64,000 nucleotides of DNA from an uncultured virus (IMG/VR IMGVR_UViG_3300027973_000047) (Duplodnaviria; Heunggongvirae; Uroviricota; Caudoviricetes), in the IMG/VR virus record IMGVR_UViG_3300027973_000047. One strand, given 5' to 3'. Both the position numbers and the translations under genes were made by a program. Below the pieces are notes generated by a model that ran no database searches, was not told where the DNA came from, and saw only the letters and a list, made by a program, of their open reading frames with translations. Below, piece after piece: positions 17,381-27,969 of this stretch (positions within the stretch are counted from its first letter, which is position 1; each line of letters starts with the position of its first letter).

Positions 17381-17588
17381 CTCCTCCTTCCGTAAGGGAA
17401 ATAACAGTATTGTTTACTGAGTCTATATTAAAATAGTAACTCAATAATCCATGTAAGTCTGATAACTCTTGAGCTGTTGCGTTAAAGCCGGCAACTCCAG
17501 ACTGGATAAAATAGCTAGGTTCATCTGTATTGTATTCTATTAATGCTATGTTATTAAGTAGCATTCTTCCTATTTCGTGCTTAATCAT
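17361..17588 (-). CDS. Hypothetical protein
   Basis: ORF in operon context. Confidence 0.6.
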   Translation of the reverse strand: MIKHEIGRMLLNNIALIEYNTDEPSYFIQSGVAGFNATAQELSDLHGLLSYYFNIDSVNNTVISLTEGGDDVLAI

Positions 17589-17589
17589 A

Positions 17590-17958
17590 TTAGTCTTCCT
17601 CGTATATCCCTATAGGATTCCAGTTTGGATCATCCATTTTTTCTCGCATATCAGCAACGTAGGAGTCCCAATCTCTTTCGTCCTCTGACTTCTTATCGTA
17701 TTTTACTTGACCCTTAAATGGGTTTGTCTTAAAGCGAGTCATAATAAGCTTACCCTCTTTTGTTCTCCATCTTAATACTCCATTCTTGCAGTCGCAAAAA
17801 TCCTCTGAGTGTGGATCAGTCTTACCCATAGGATCATACCTGCCGCTACATGAATTGCATTTAGTATATCTGCCCTTATCCTGACATCTATTGCATGATG
17901 AGCAGAATGTCCAGCATGGTTTAGTAGATGGATTCTGATATGTTCCTGGTAGTGTCAT
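17590..17958 (-). CDS. Cys-rich (metal-binding) hypothetical protein
   Basis: CWTFCSSCNRC...CNSC...CDC. Confidence 0.7.
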   Translation of the reverse strand: MTLPGTYQNPSTKPCWTFCSSCNRCQDKGRYTKCNSCSGRYDPMGKTDPHSEDFCDCKNGVLRWRTKEGKLIMTRFKTNPFKGQVKYDKKSEDERDWDSYVADMREKMDDPNWNPIGIYEED

Positions 17959-17961
17959 TTC

Positions 17962-20900
17962 TTAGCTCCGTATGTTTATATATTTTTGTAGTTTTTCTTC
18001 TATTTTTAATGAAGTAGATTTTTTAAACTTAAAAGTTACCCTCTTATTACTTTCTGTATAAGTTAAATATACATAAGAGGGTCCATTAACATTTTCAATT
18101 ATATCATATATACCCTGCACAACCTCTAGGTTAGGTAAGTCTTTGACCTCTAACATAATTGATTTACTACCTATTGCCTTAGATGTATCTATCTTTTCAC
18201 AGGAATTATAGAACATCTTTACAATTGCAGACTCCTCTTCGTTTTCTCTATTTATTGTTCCCGATATAATGACTACATCACCCTCGTTAAAAAAATCATC
18301 ACTTATAGTTTTTGATTCTCTAGGAAAAATGATTACTTCTATTTCACCAGATAAATCTTCTACTAAAAGACGAAACATCTTTTGACCTTTTTTAGTTATC
18401 ATTCTCTTCACTGCTGTTAATATTCCGCCAACTTTAACATTTGCACCGTTGCTTATTTCTATAATATCTATTATTTCACCAGTTACATTAGGTGCTATTG
18501 TTGTCCACATGCCCTCTATGGGATGCTTTGATACGTATATTCCTAGTTCAGCTTTTTCTTTTTCTAATAATTCTAATTCTTTTTTTCTTGTTAAATCACC
18601 ATCATGAGAAACTGTAAATAACTCATCAAGAGCACCAGCATAGGCTAAATGTTCTAGCGTAGATTTCTTTAGAGTAGCTGGGTCACATCTCCTAAAGAAA
18701 TCATAGATACTAGAGTAAGGATTCTTTTCATCCCTACCTAAAATGATTGCTTCAGCTATGGATTCACCAATTCCATTTATTGCAGATAGACCAAAGATTA
18801 CTTGAGAGTCACTAAGTACATTAAAGTCTTTACCAGATTTATTTAAAGAAGGTGGCAGTACTTCAATATCTAATTTTCTACAGTCAGATAAGTAAGCTGC
18901 TAACTTCTCTTTATTGCCAACCACAGAAGACATAAGTGCAGCCATATATTCTGCTGTATAGTGAGCCTTTAGGTATGCTGTAATATATGAAACCATCGCA
19001 TAGCTTGCGGCGTGTGCTCTGTTAAAACCATAACCACCAAAGTATTCAATATCTGAATAAATTTTATTTGCTTTATCTTCATCTAGATTGGAATGCTCTA
19101 TGCAGCCTTTTACGAAATTAGTTCTAATCATTGCGATTTTATCCATAAGTTTTTTACCGATAACTTTTCTAAGGTCATCAGCTTCAGCAGAAGTAAATCC
19201 GGCTAACTCTCTGGCTACACCAAGAACATCTTCCTGATAGAGCATGATACCTAGTGATGGTCCAAGAACTTTTTCCAGTTTAGGGTGTTCATAAGATACA
19301 TGGCTTCTCCCATGCTTTCTATCGATATATTCTTTATCCATACCAGAACCCATCGGACCTGGACGATATAGTGAGATAAGAGCCATTATATCTTGGATGT
19401 TTTGCGGCTGCATTTGCACCATTAATTCACGCATGCCAGCGGACTCAAGCTGAAAGACACCCATTGCCTTACCTTGACATAATAAATCGTAAGTCTTTTT
19501 ATCATCTATCGGTATGTCGTTTACGTCTAATATAATTTGTCTATGCTGTTTAACTAGCTTGATGCAAATATCTATCACACCTAGGTTTCTTAAACCAAGA
19601 AAGTCAATCTTTAATAGGCCGCATTGCTCTACTCGACCCATGTCCCACTGAGTTACAACAGGCTTATCTACGCCCTTTTGCATTGTAGGAAGATAGCTTG
19701 TTAAAGCTTCTTTGGATATAACAATACCAGCTGCGTGGATACCAGTCTGCCTCACTAGATTTTCTAATCCAAAAGCTGTATCTATTATTTCTTTTGATAA
19801 AACATCAGTATTATAGAGGCTTGCAAACTCCTGCACCTGCATGCATTCTTTTAATGACTTAGAAACACCTAGTACCGGAGGAGGTATTAGCTTAGCTACT
19901 TTGTCTCCAACTGTAAAGTCATGACCTAGGGCTCTAGCTGCGTCTCTAACAGACTGCCTAGCGCCAGTTCTGTTGAACGTACAGATATGCGCCACTTTAT
20001 CGTTACCATATTTAGTTCTAGCGTAGTCAATAACCTTATCTCTGTGTCTATCATCAAAGTCTAAGTCAATATCTGGCATTGACTTTCTTCCTTCGACCAA
20101 GAATCTTTCAAACATAAGACCAAATTTAATTGGATCTAGATTTGTAATATCGAATGCATAGGATAAAATACTTCCAGCAGCTGATCCTCTTCCCCAGCCA
20201 ACTCTAATGTCATTTTCTTTAGCCCAACGAACTAAATCTGATACGACTAAGAAGTATTCAGGAAACCCCATTTCTTTCACTACTCTAATTTCATAGTTAG
20301 CTCTTTCTATGATGTGATCAGGTAGTGGATTACCATATCTATTCTTTAAACCTTCCCAAGCTAGTCTTTCAAAATAATCTGTAGATGTTTCTTTAGTTGG
20401 TATAGGGAAGTTTGGAAAATGTATTTCGCCAAATTTTAAGTTAAGATCTATCATGTCATTTACATGCATTGTATTTTTTAAATATTCATCAGAAAATACA
20501 GAAGACATTTCGTCATAAGATTGAAGATAAAATTTATCTTCAGAAAAAGAAAATCTGTTAGGAGTATGCACGTTACAGTTTGTTGCTACACATAACATTA
20601 CATCATGAGCGTGAGCATCGCTTTGGTGCACGTAATGGCAGTCGCCAGACGGCACTACTTTAGCCCCAATTTGATTGGCTATTTTAATAAGGTCAGGAAT
20701 TATTTTTATCTGTTCTTCTATCCCATGATTCATTATCTCTATAAAATAATTTTCCTTGCCAACTATCTCCTGCATCGCCCCAGCATGCCTTAATGCGGTG
20801 CTGTAGTCGTTTCTAAGCAGCGCTTGTGATACTTCCCCATTCAGACACCCAGAGAGGACTATAATCCCCTCAGAATGCTGGGCGATTAAATCGTGGTCAA

Positions 20901-21288
20901 CCCTAGGTTTAACATAATAACCTTCAGTAAAAGCTCTAGATGATATTTTAATTATATTATGATAACCAATATTGTTTTTAGCTAAAATCGTAATATGATA
21001 TGGTCCTCTTTGTTCCCATTCATTCTTAGAGGGACCGGATCTTTCTTCATCATCTCTATCAAACCTAGTCTTTCTTGCCTGATACATTTCTGAGCCAAGA
21101 ATAGGCTTTACCCCAGAAGCCATACCAGCATCATAAAAATCTAACCATGAGTGTATGTTGCCATGATCGGTAGTGGCTAAACCTGTCATGCCTAAAGACT
21201 TAGCTCTTGATAAATATTCTTCTACGTTACCATGGCCATCCAACATGGAAAATACGGTATGGTTGTGAAGATTTGTCCAATTTTTCAC
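17962..21288 (-). CDS. dnaE: DNA polymerase III alpha subunit (family C)
   Basis: PHP domain (HNHTVFSMLDG, TTDHG), GRGSAAGS, MPDIDLDFD, KIDFLGL, YGFNRAHAASY, OB fold. Ends CGG-AGC-TAA; a +1 reading would end at 17955. Confidence 0.97.
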   Translation of the reverse strand: MKNWTNLHNHTVFSMLDGHGNVEEYLSRAKSLGMTGLATTDHGNIHSWLDFYDAGMASGVKPILGSEMYQARKTRFDRDDEERSGPSKNEWEQRGPYHITILAKNNIGYHNIIKISSRAFTEGYYVKPRVDHDLIAQHSEGIIVLSGCLNGEVSQALLRNDYSTALRHAGAMQEIVGKENYFIEIMNHGIEEQIKIIPDLIKIANQIGAKVVPSGDCHYVHQSDAHAHDVMLCVATNCNVHTPNRFSFSEDKFYLQSYDEMSSVFSDEYLKNTMHVNDMIDLNLKFGEIHFPNFPIPTKETSTDYFERLAWEGLKNRYGNPLPDHIIERANYEIRVVKEMGFPEYFLVVSDLVRWAKENDIRVGWGRGSAAGSILSYAFDITNLDPIKFGLMFERFLVEGRKSMPDIDLDFDDRHRDKVIDYARTKYGNDKVAHICTFNRTGARQSVRDAARALGHDFTVGDKVAKLIPPPVLGVSKSLKECMQVQEFASLYNTDVLSKEIIDTAFGLENLVRQTGIHAAGIVISKEALTSYLPTMQKGVDKPVVTQWDMGRVEQCGLLKIDFLGLRNLGVIDICIKLVKQHRQIILDVNDIPIDDKKTYDLLCQGKAMGVFQLESAGMRELMVQMQPQNIQDIMALISLYRPGPMGSGMDKEYIDRKHGRSHVSYEHPKLEKVLGPSLGIMLYQEDVLGVARELAGFTSAEADDLRKVIGKKLMDKIAMIRTNFVKGCIEHSNLDEDKANKIYSDIEYFGGYGFNRAHAASYAMVSYITAYLKAHYTAEYMAALMSSVVGNKEKLAAYLSDCRKLDIEVLPPSLNKSGKDFNVLSDSQVIFGLSAINGIGESIAEAIILGRDEKNPYSSIYDFFRRCDPATLKKSTLEHLAYAGALDELFTVSHDGDLTRKKELELLEKEKAELGIYVSKHPIEGMWTTIAPNVTGEIIDIIEISNGANVKVGGILTAVKRMITKKGQKMFRLLVEDLSGEIEVIIFPRESKTISDDFFNEGDVVIISGTINRENEEESAIVKMFYNSCEKIDTSKAIGSKSIMLEVKDLPNLEVVQGIYDIIENVNGPSYVYLTYTESNKRVTFKFKKSTSLKIEEKLQKYINIRS

Positions 21289-21488
21289 TTAAGTCCTCTT
21301 TTAATATTTATTTGATTCAATACATCATCTCTATCACGTTTATAACAAACCGTTACCACACCCTTACAATATCTACATACTGCTGGCAGTCCGGCTTGAG
21401 CAAAAGAACTGTTGTGCATGTGTCTATCTGTTTGTTCCGTTCCACAGTCGGTGCATAATCCGATTACGTCATCATTGTCATCTTGCAT
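21285..21488 (-). CDS. Zinc-ribbon protein
   Basis: CTDC...CRYC. Confidence 0.7.
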   Translation of the reverse strand: MQDDNDDVIGLCTDCGTEQTDRHMHNSSFAQAGLPAVCRYCKGVVTVCYKRDRDDVLNQINIKRGLK

Positions 21489-22684
21489 TACTCCTCCTTT
21501 CTCGTTGCGGATTTGTAAGCAAATCGAACTGGTGATGGAGAAGATTTTTCTTGAGTCTCTATAAACCTATCTCCAACCTTAACCCACTTGTTTTTCTTCT
21601 CAAGAGAACAACTGCCACACCCTACGCCAACTGCATTAGCTCTTTCACAAGTATAAGGCCTCCCACCTATGCCTAATTCTCTTCTTCTCACCCAGTCATT
21701 TATATGAGCTTGTGATTTACTTGGGTTATAATCTTCGCAGTTACCTAGTATCTCATGTAAATAGTTAATTGATTCTTCGCTATATGTTAATATGGAACAT
21801 AAGAATAATCTGGCTTCGTGTTCTAGAAAGTGAGAATTCTCAGCCTGTTCATGCAGTCTTTTTATTGATGGACACTTTATCCAAAGTGTTTCTTTCTCAA
21901 ATATTTTTTGATTCTGATCAAAAGACTTCAGGTTAGAAGAACCAAACTTATTAAAATGTTGTAGTATATCTTTTGGTTTATTCTTGTCTTCTTCCATTTG
22001 ATAGGTGAACTGCCTATACCATTCATTTGCCTTAAAATCAAAAGACTGTTCAACTACATCAAACAACTGTGGCTCACTTGAGTAAGCAATAATCTTATCT
22101 ATCCCAGATAGGAATATATCCTTTGGCAAGAGAGTTTTAAATAGCTTTGTTGCCTGATGTAATGATCCAGGCATTCTCCACATTCTTCTCATGTCGTAAA
22201 CGCTAAAGTCCATTGAGGAAATAGATAGATCTTCTTTTAGCTTATTCGCTATATATCTAAAGACTTTTGGCAATTCGTTTGATGGATTGATACCTAAACC
22301 GATTGCTTCACATTCTATGTGAAAACCTTTTTTTCCAGTAAAATAAACTAATAGTGATTCTTGCGGAATGTACACAGACAGATAACCATATAGTCTTTGC
22401 GCTTCTTCGTAACACAAATTCATATTTTCACTATCTAAGTCAAAATATAATGACCCTAATCTAATAGCCTTGTTTATGTCAGCAGCATTAAAGTGCCAGA
22501 TAGATGTATACAGTCCAAGGTTATTGTGCTTTTTCCTATACTGATCTATGTTTTCCATTTCATAGAAGACTGGATCATCACCATTTTTATCCCTGATCAC
22601 CCTATCCAGGTTGGGAACATATCTAGCGACTTCGACATATTTCCATTGAGAAATAAATTTATCTTTATCTAAAGGAAGTTTCAT
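21488..22684 (-). CDS. Archaeo-eukaryotic-type primase fused to a PriL-like Cys domain
   Basis: LYFDLD, FTGKKGFHI, MDFSVYDMRRMWRMPGS (AEP motifs); CPSIK..HEARLFL..PYTC..CGSC. Confidence 0.8.
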   Translation of the reverse strand: MKLPLDKDKFISQWKYVEVARYVPNLDRVIRDKNGDDPVFYEMENIDQYRKKHNNLGLYTSIWHFNAADINKAIRLGSLYFDLDSENMNLCYEEAQRLYGYLSVYIPQESLLVYFTGKKGFHIECEAIGLGINPSNELPKVFRYIANKLKEDLSISSMDFSVYDMRRMWRMPGSLHQATKLFKTLLPKDIFLSGIDKIIAYSSEPQLFDVVEQSFDFKANEWYRQFTYQMEEDKNKPKDILQHFNKFGSSNLKSFDQNQKIFEKETLWIKCPSIKRLHEQAENSHFLEHEARLFLCSILTYSEESINYLHEILGNCEDYNPSKSQAHINDWVRRRELGIGGRPYTCERANAVGVGCGSCSLEKKNKWVKVGDRFIETQEKSSPSPVRFAYKSATRKEE

Positions 22685-22854
22685 GGTATATGTATTTTAC
22701 CACTATCCATTTCCATATGCCAAGCTACTAGTCGATTGTGTTCCAAAATATTTTCATTATTAGATCTGTAGTATATTGATTCTTTGATAAGGAATTCTAA
22801 AGACTCATTTATATACGCTCTAACATGCATCTTGTCTGGATTTTCTATTGTCAT
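22681..22854 (-). CDS. Hypothetical protein (57 aa)
   Basis: MTIENPDKMHVRAY...; ATGA overlaps on both sides. Confidence 0.6.
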   Translation of the reverse strand: MTIENPDKMHVRAYINESLEFLIKESIYYRSNNENILEHNRLVAWHMEMDSGKIHIP

Positions 22855-23507
22855 TTGTTATCACTAATTTCAACAATTGTATGCAGTTTTGAGGCGACGT
22901 TGTCTGACAAGTGCACTATCATATCCATGTAAGTACTAGGTACAGTTTCCGGAATAGGAGACCATGGACCAAGGTGGCATCTTACCAATCTAAGTATTGA
23001 CTGAACAGTTTCTTCATCTAAAAAAAGAGTAGATGATGCGGATTCTGAACCATACTTTTTATCATTGTCTTGACACTTTTTAACAAAAGCTCCAACTGTA
23101 TACGGATGCATTGGGTCGTAGAAGAAATCTTCTTTACTATCATCATGAGCTATACCCTTAGTCACATCATGCAATAAGCATGCTGCGTACACTATGTCTT
23201 TTTCGTGCGGAAGTAATCCATAGGAATCGCATATAACCTTAGAGACTTTGACAACCCTCTTTGTATGAAGAACGTTACCACCAGTACCATGCTCATCAGC
23301 TGGATGATATTTACCTGAAAAACTAGATGGTATTTTCCAAAATGTTTTTGCCTGAAGTAAAACTGATCTAACAAATAGTCTAATTTGTTGACTAGCAATA
23401 AGATTAATTTCCTCTATAAGAGGAGTTAATAACTTATCTTCTTCTTCATTTGGCTTGAATGAAACATCTTCATTTAATAACTCATCTAATATACTTTTTT
23501 TACTCAT
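22851..23507 (-). CDS. HD-domain phosphohydrolase
   Basis: SGKYHP..GGNVLHT, ACLLHDVTK, HLGPW, VHLSD. Confidence 0.85.
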   Translation of the reverse strand: MSKKSILDELLNEDVSFKPNEEEDKLLTPLIEEINLIASQQIRLFVRSVLLQAKTFWKIPSSFSGKYHPADEHGTGGNVLHTKRVVKVSKVICDSYGLLPHEKDIVYAACLLHDVTKGIAHDDSKEDFFYDPMHPYTVGAFVKKCQDNDKKYGSESASSTLFLDEETVQSILRLVRCHLGPWSPIPETVPSTYMDMIVHLSDNVASKLHTIVEISDNK

Positions 23508-23667
23508 AATCTGAATCCCAATTTAGTTTTTCTTTTAAGTAAATTTGATACTTTTCATCTATTATAGATTTTAAATATTCATAAGGAGTTTGTTTATTTT
23601 CTTTTGCAAGTGTAAATAAACTTTTAGATACCTTGGTTTCAAGTATAACACCAAATCTATTCGTCTG
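23500..23667 (-). CDS. Small DNA-binding-like hypothetical protein
   Basis: MQTNRFGVILETKVSKSLFTLAKENKQTPYEYLKSII, a ribbon-helix-helix-like pattern. Confidence 0.5.
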   Translation of the reverse strand, partial: QTNRFGVILETKVSKSLFTLAKENKQTPYEYLKSIIDEKYQIYLKEKLNWDSDYE

Positions 23668-24448
23668 CATCTTTTGACCAATTTGACCACTTAGAACAAG
23701 GTTTATCAAACGGACATTTCTTGCAATACCAGGTCAACCCTCTTCTTGGAATAAATTTTTCTGCTTGCTCTAATTCATCAGCCCAAAATCTTAAAGAATC
23801 AAGATCTTCTTTTGTTATTTCAAAATCAACAAAAGAAACTTTGGACGTTAATAAATCTATGTAACCAAAAGATGCTTTAGAAATTCTATCACCATGCTTT
23901 ACCGCAAACGCATTGTACATCGTAGCAAAGTTTACTTGATACATATATTGGTGACTATTCTTATAGTTAAACATTATCTTAATAACATAATATTTATTAT
24001 TCTTATAAAGGATTATATCAAATTTGTCTTTTATCTTAACCTTTGGGGTGACTGGCATAATGCAATCTTCATTTATTGCAATCGGTATGTATTCTTCGTC
24101 TGAAAAGTTTTCATAGAAAGACAATAAAGCAGAGGCAGCTTTAGTCGTAAGGCTAGCGCTGTTTCCATATGCGCTTTCGTGTTGCTCTGTCATGATATCA
24201 TACGATGAAACATTATCGGCAAACCAAAGCTTTTCCCACCTATTCAAAAGTGATGCATATGACGGTGTGTAGCCACCTTGTTTCTTATAAAAGAAGTAAT
24301 ATATAATTTCTTTTAAAGTATTTTCAAATCTAATAGACAATAGATCCCTACCGCCTATTGACTCTGGTAGTTTTTGATTATATCTATACTCGTAAAGTAA
24401 TGAGCAGGTTTGAAAGTCCTTTAGGGATTCTGGTGTAATTAATTTCAT
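23657..24448 (-). CDS. PD-(D/E)XK-like protein, probably a degenerate paralogue of 16388..17189
   Basis: ITPESLKDFQTC ... CKKCPFDKPC retained; the catalytic DYK motif is not evident. Confidence 0.7.
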   Translation of the reverse strand: MKLITPESLKDFQTCSLLYEYRYNQKLPESIGGRDLLSIRFENTLKEIIYYFFYKKQGGYTPSYASLLNRWEKLWFADNVSSYDIMTEQHESAYGNSASLTTKAASALLSFYENFSDEEYIPIAINEDCIMPVTPKVKIKDKFDIILYKNNKYYVIKIMFNYKNSHQYMYQVNFATMYNAFAVKHGDRISKASFGYIDLLTSKVSFVDFEITKEDLDSLRFWADELEQAEKFIPRRGLTWYCKKCPFDKPCSKWSNWSKDADE

Positions 24449-25899
24449 TAGTTAAAATCTCCATTGTTTAATAAGTCATCTAAAATTGATGAGGCATCAT
24501 AGGATCCGGGTGTAACCATTTCGTACTCTACGTAAGACTTTTTGGAATCGACATATCTAACCAGTGGTGGCTCATAAGAAAATGTTGAACCAGTAATTCT
24601 ATTCTTTGGTATCTGTAACTGCATTACATTTTCATCTTCCGAATCATCACCACTAACTAATTTTTTTTCTGTGATAAATATAGTTACTGCACACTTTTGC
24701 TGTATAGCTAGAGAACCACCAGTGTCTGACTGCATGACTATTTCTCTTTTTTCCTTCATTCTATTTGAGTTTTCTTGTGCAGTGATTATCAATACGCAGT
24801 TCATGTCTCTAGCTATTTTTTCAAGACGAACCATCATTTCTTCAAATTCACCCCATCTAGCTTTACCCTTAGATCTAGTAAACATTGATTGGATAGTGTC
24901 GATAACTATGACGTCCGGCATGTGTTCACCCTGGATTAGGATGTCTCTTAGCCAGCTTTCTAGGTCCTCAAAATATGGAGTATCTGGATCATGCTTGACC
25001 ATCAGACGATCACCCCATTCGGTTAACTTATCTGTAAAAGTTTTAATATGTTTATTTTTTTCTTCTTCAGACCATTTATCAACTTCTGAATAAACGTTCT
25101 TGCCAGTTATCTGAGTCATCAATATACGTTCCCAGTGATTTCTAGCTTCTTCGAAGTTTATGTATAAAGCTTTATATCCAGAATCTAACCAGTTATTCAC
25201 TAGGCATTTAGCAAATGTGCTCTTGCCCTTTCCAGAGGCTGCTATGATCGCATGTACCGCCCCCTTAAAGAAGCCTCCCTCATTAGTGTACCCCATTGCC
25301 CTATTCAAAGACTTAAACTGAGTTGGCAAGAAATCCGGAGTATCTAATAGCGAGTCAATCTTTTCTATTATTTGGTTAGCTGTTACAACTCCATCAAGCG
25401 GATCATAGCTAGCGCTGTTCTCTAAGTCATTAATGAGATTGGAAATCTCAGACATTCTAGCAAGATCTTCGTCGGTTTTTATACCCTTTTGACTTATGAT
25501 TATCTCTAACTCTTTTAAATAATTTTTCTGTTTAATCTTATTATCTTTGTGTTTAAGAACCTGAACAACAGCTTCAGGGCTAGCCAGCTGCATATCAGAG
25601 AGGACGCTCATAAGAGCATTAACTCCCTCGTCTCCATTGAGCGCCTCAAAGACACGGCTTTCTAGCTGTATCCAATTCTTAAATACTATTGGATCGACTA
25701 TATCTAGATCTGTACTAGAAACATATGACAAAAGAGCATTATAGAATTCATGAACACCGTGTTGATTATCGTTAATCCCAACAATCTGTGGATCTAGATT
25801 ATCTTTAAAGTAAGATATTGCTCCCTTTTCTCTAAATGAAAGAGCAAATATCTGATACTCAATTGGTTGAGTTACGGGAGAAGATTCAATATCACTCAT
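24448..25899 (-). CDS. dnaB: DnaB-like replicative helicase
   Basis: AASGKGKST Walker A, VIVIDTIQ, LIITAQ, KNR. Confidence 0.9.
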   Translation of the reverse strand: MSDIESSPVTQPIEYQIFALSFREKGAISYFKDNLDPQIVGINDNQHGVHEFYNALLSYVSSTDLDIVDPIVFKNWIQLESRVFEALNGDEGVNALMSVLSDMQLASPEAVVQVLKHKDNKIKQKNYLKELEIIISQKGIKTDEDLARMSEISNLINDLENSASYDPLDGVVTANQIIEKIDSLLDTPDFLPTQFKSLNRAMGYTNEGGFFKGAVHAIIAASGKGKSTFAKCLVNNWLDSGYKALYINFEEARNHWERILMTQITGKNVYSEVDKWSEEEKNKHIKTFTDKLTEWGDRLMVKHDPDTPYFEDLESWLRDILIQGEHMPDVIVIDTIQSMFTRSKGKARWGEFEEMMVRLEKIARDMNCVLIITAQENSNRMKEKREIVMQSDTGGSLAIQQKCAVTIFITEKKLVSGDDSEDENVMQLQIPKNRITGSTFSYEPPLVRYVDSKKSYVEYEMVTPGSYDASSILDDLLNNGDFN

Positions 25900-26536
25900 G
25901 ATTATCTCTTCTCTTTTTCATTTTTTTATATGTCTCTTTCTTTCTTTCGTTGTATTGCTTTTTTCTATCCTGATAAAATTTATTTTGAGTAATGCTCTTC
26001 TTATTCGTTTTTACATTCTCTGGAACATGGGGACTCAATCTTATTGCTTGCAATAGTCTATCATAGACAGCTTGTTCACTCAGTTCATCGTTGTATCTAA
26101 ATACAACTAATGTTATTCCCTCTTGTTTGCAAAGTTCTAATTTTCTTTCATCTCTTTTTTGAGCCTGAATAAAATCATATTTTGATTCAAAAAATCTTTC
26201 AGTATAATAGAAGTGTTGTCTACCGTGAAATTCTGCACCTATTTTATATTCCTGACAGTATACGTCTATCTTCAAACGCTCACCTACATGATGTTCGTTT
26301 ATGATCTTTTGTCCAGGAAAAAGCTTTTGCATTGCCTGAGTAAGTGCAGCTTGACCTCTTGATGTTTTTTTCTTTTGTTCTTTAATCCAAGAAAGACCAA
26401 GTGAATTAATTTTTTTATTTAACTGAGCAAATGAATAACCAAGTTCTTTGGCTATAGCTGAAATAGTTAGATCTGATTCAAATAAAAGATCTATTAAAAA
26501 TAGATCATCCTCTTTGTCTTCAATCTGTTTTTTCAT
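25892..26536 (-). CDS. HTH + PD-(D/E)XK (DUF559/Vsr-like) endonuclease
   Basis: TISAIAKELGYS HTH; LKIDVY..IGAEFHGRQHF..RDERKLELC. Confidence 0.75.
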   Translation of the reverse strand: MKKQIEDKEDDLFLIDLLFESDLTISAIAKELGYSFAQLNKKINSLGLSWIKEQKKKTSRGQAALTQAMQKLFPGQKIINEHHVGERLKIDVYCQEYKIGAEFHGRQHFYYTERFFESKYDFIQAQKRDERKLELCKQEGITLVVFRYNDELSEQAVYDRLLQAIRLSPHVPENVKTNKKSITQNKFYQDRKKQYNERKKETYKKMKKRRDNHE

Positions 26537-27194
26537 TTTGGGAGATCCTATTGCTAAATCTTGCTCGAGCAAAACCGATTACCTTCCCAAAATCTATTAT
26601 AGAAAAATTTAATTCATCCCATATCTTACTTGCTAAAGCAGCAGAAAGTAGCGGACAATCCAAAATGACTGTATCAACTTTACCGGTATAGGTTTTCAAA
26701 GTTTCGATTATAGAATCTAACTTATCGTAATAATCATTATATGGAACATAGATTGTTTCCACAGGTGATCCTAAAACTCTTGTAATTACTTTTCTGTCAT
26801 GAAAGGTAACTACAACATATGGAGTATTTCTTATGTAAAAATCTACAAAAGATGTAAAAGCTACTTCATTATTATTAAAGTAATTTTCAAGTGTTGTTGA
26901 GTTGTAGTATGTCTGATTGGAATCCACTTTTGAATAATCTAATTCATTATCTGAATCATTAGAGTTCACGAAAGCTAATGGTATCCCTTTCATAAAATTC
27001 TTATCATTAATACTAAATGATTTACTTATTGAATCACCAAAGTCTTTAGAGGCCTTCTTCATATCTGAGCTACCCATAGCAATGAGTGCTGATCGAGGAA
27101 AGTTAACATAAGCAAAGCGTTCTTTAGATAACATTTTTAATGTTAGCGACTGAATCGTTTGTGCGTGTGTTGCAATTCTAATATCTTTTTTCAT
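26520..27194 (-). CDS. GT-D-fold-like glycosyltransferase-related protein
   Basis: C-terminal VILDCPLLSAALASKIW..SIIDFG. Confidence 0.5.
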   Translation of the reverse strand: MKKDIRIATHAQTIQSLTLKMLSKERFAYVNFPRSALIAMGSSDMKKASKDFGDSISKSFSINDKNFMKGIPLAFVNSNDSDNELDYSKVDSNQTYYNSTTLENYFNNNEVAFTSFVDFYIRNTPYVVVTFHDRKVITRVLGSPVETIYVPYNDYYDKLDSIIETLKTYTGKVDTVILDCPLLSAALASKIWDELNFSIIDFGKVIGFARARFSNRISQNEKTD

Positions 27195-27199
27195 TTTTT

Positions 27200-27901
27200 C
27201 TACCTTAAGAAATTTCCCCAGTCAATTAAGACTGGATTTGGGTCTATTATTGAGTTGATATGATTTAATGCGTGAAATTCTCCACCGTCTAAAGTCGAAT
27301 ACCTTTGATGCTTAGAGATCTTATCCTCATCTCTTACGTATCCAAGATGTTTCATGACTAAACCTGAGTCAATCCAGAAGTTTCTTTGTCCAATCCAGTC
27401 AACTACATATGTAGGTTCTGAACCACAGGCTAATTTCCTATTAGCAAAGCCACCATTTTCTTTAAATCTGAAGATTCTACTGCTATTATTTGGAGCCCAT
27501 AGCTTATCTGTGCGCCATTGATTCTCGTTCCACATGTGGTAAAAGCGAACATTGGCAACGTCGTAAGGCGAATTTGATAGAACAGATGAGATATCAAGAT
27601 TATCTATATCGTTTTTATTATACAGCATTTCGTCACAATCGATTGCCACAATCCAGTCACCAAGTTTTGCATGCTGGCACATGTTGGACCAAGCAAAAGC
27701 TCTTAATTGACCCTCATGTTTTGTAAACAGTTGCTCTGGAGTTGAATAAACGTGACAATATTTTTCTGCTATTTTAGCTGTGTTATCAGTAGAGCAATCA
27801 TCGGTAAAGACAATACCATCTACTTGCTGTGAAAGCCTTTCTAGAACTTCTTCTAGAAATCTTCCCTCTTCATTTCTGCCCACCATTTGAGCGTATATCA
27901 T
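27200..27901 (-). CDS. GT2-family glycosyltransferase
   Basis: GRNEE, FTDDCSTDNT, WIVAIDCDE, HLGY. Confidence 0.85.
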   Translation of the reverse strand: MIYAQMVGRNEEGRFLEEVLERLSQQVDGIVFTDDCSTDNTAKIAEKYCHVYSTPEQLFTKHEGQLRAFAWSNMCQHAKLGDWIVAIDCDEMLYNKNDIDNLDISSVLSNSPYDVANVRFYHMWNENQWRTDKLWAPNNSSRIFRFKENGGFANRKLACGSEPTYVVDWIGQRNFWIDSGLVMKHLGYVRDEDKISKHQRYSTLDGGEFHALNHINSIIDPNPVLIDWGNFLR

Positions 27902-27920
27902 ATACTTTCCTTAAGGTTTA

Positions 27921-27956
27921 TAGAGGGTAACACTAAGTGAATAGTGCTACCCTCTA
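27921..27956. other. Intergenic stem-loop
   Basis: TAGAGGGTAGCACT...AGTGTTACCCTCTA on the minus strand; no U-tail. Confidence 0.55.
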
Positions 27957-27969
27957 GTTAATAGGATTC

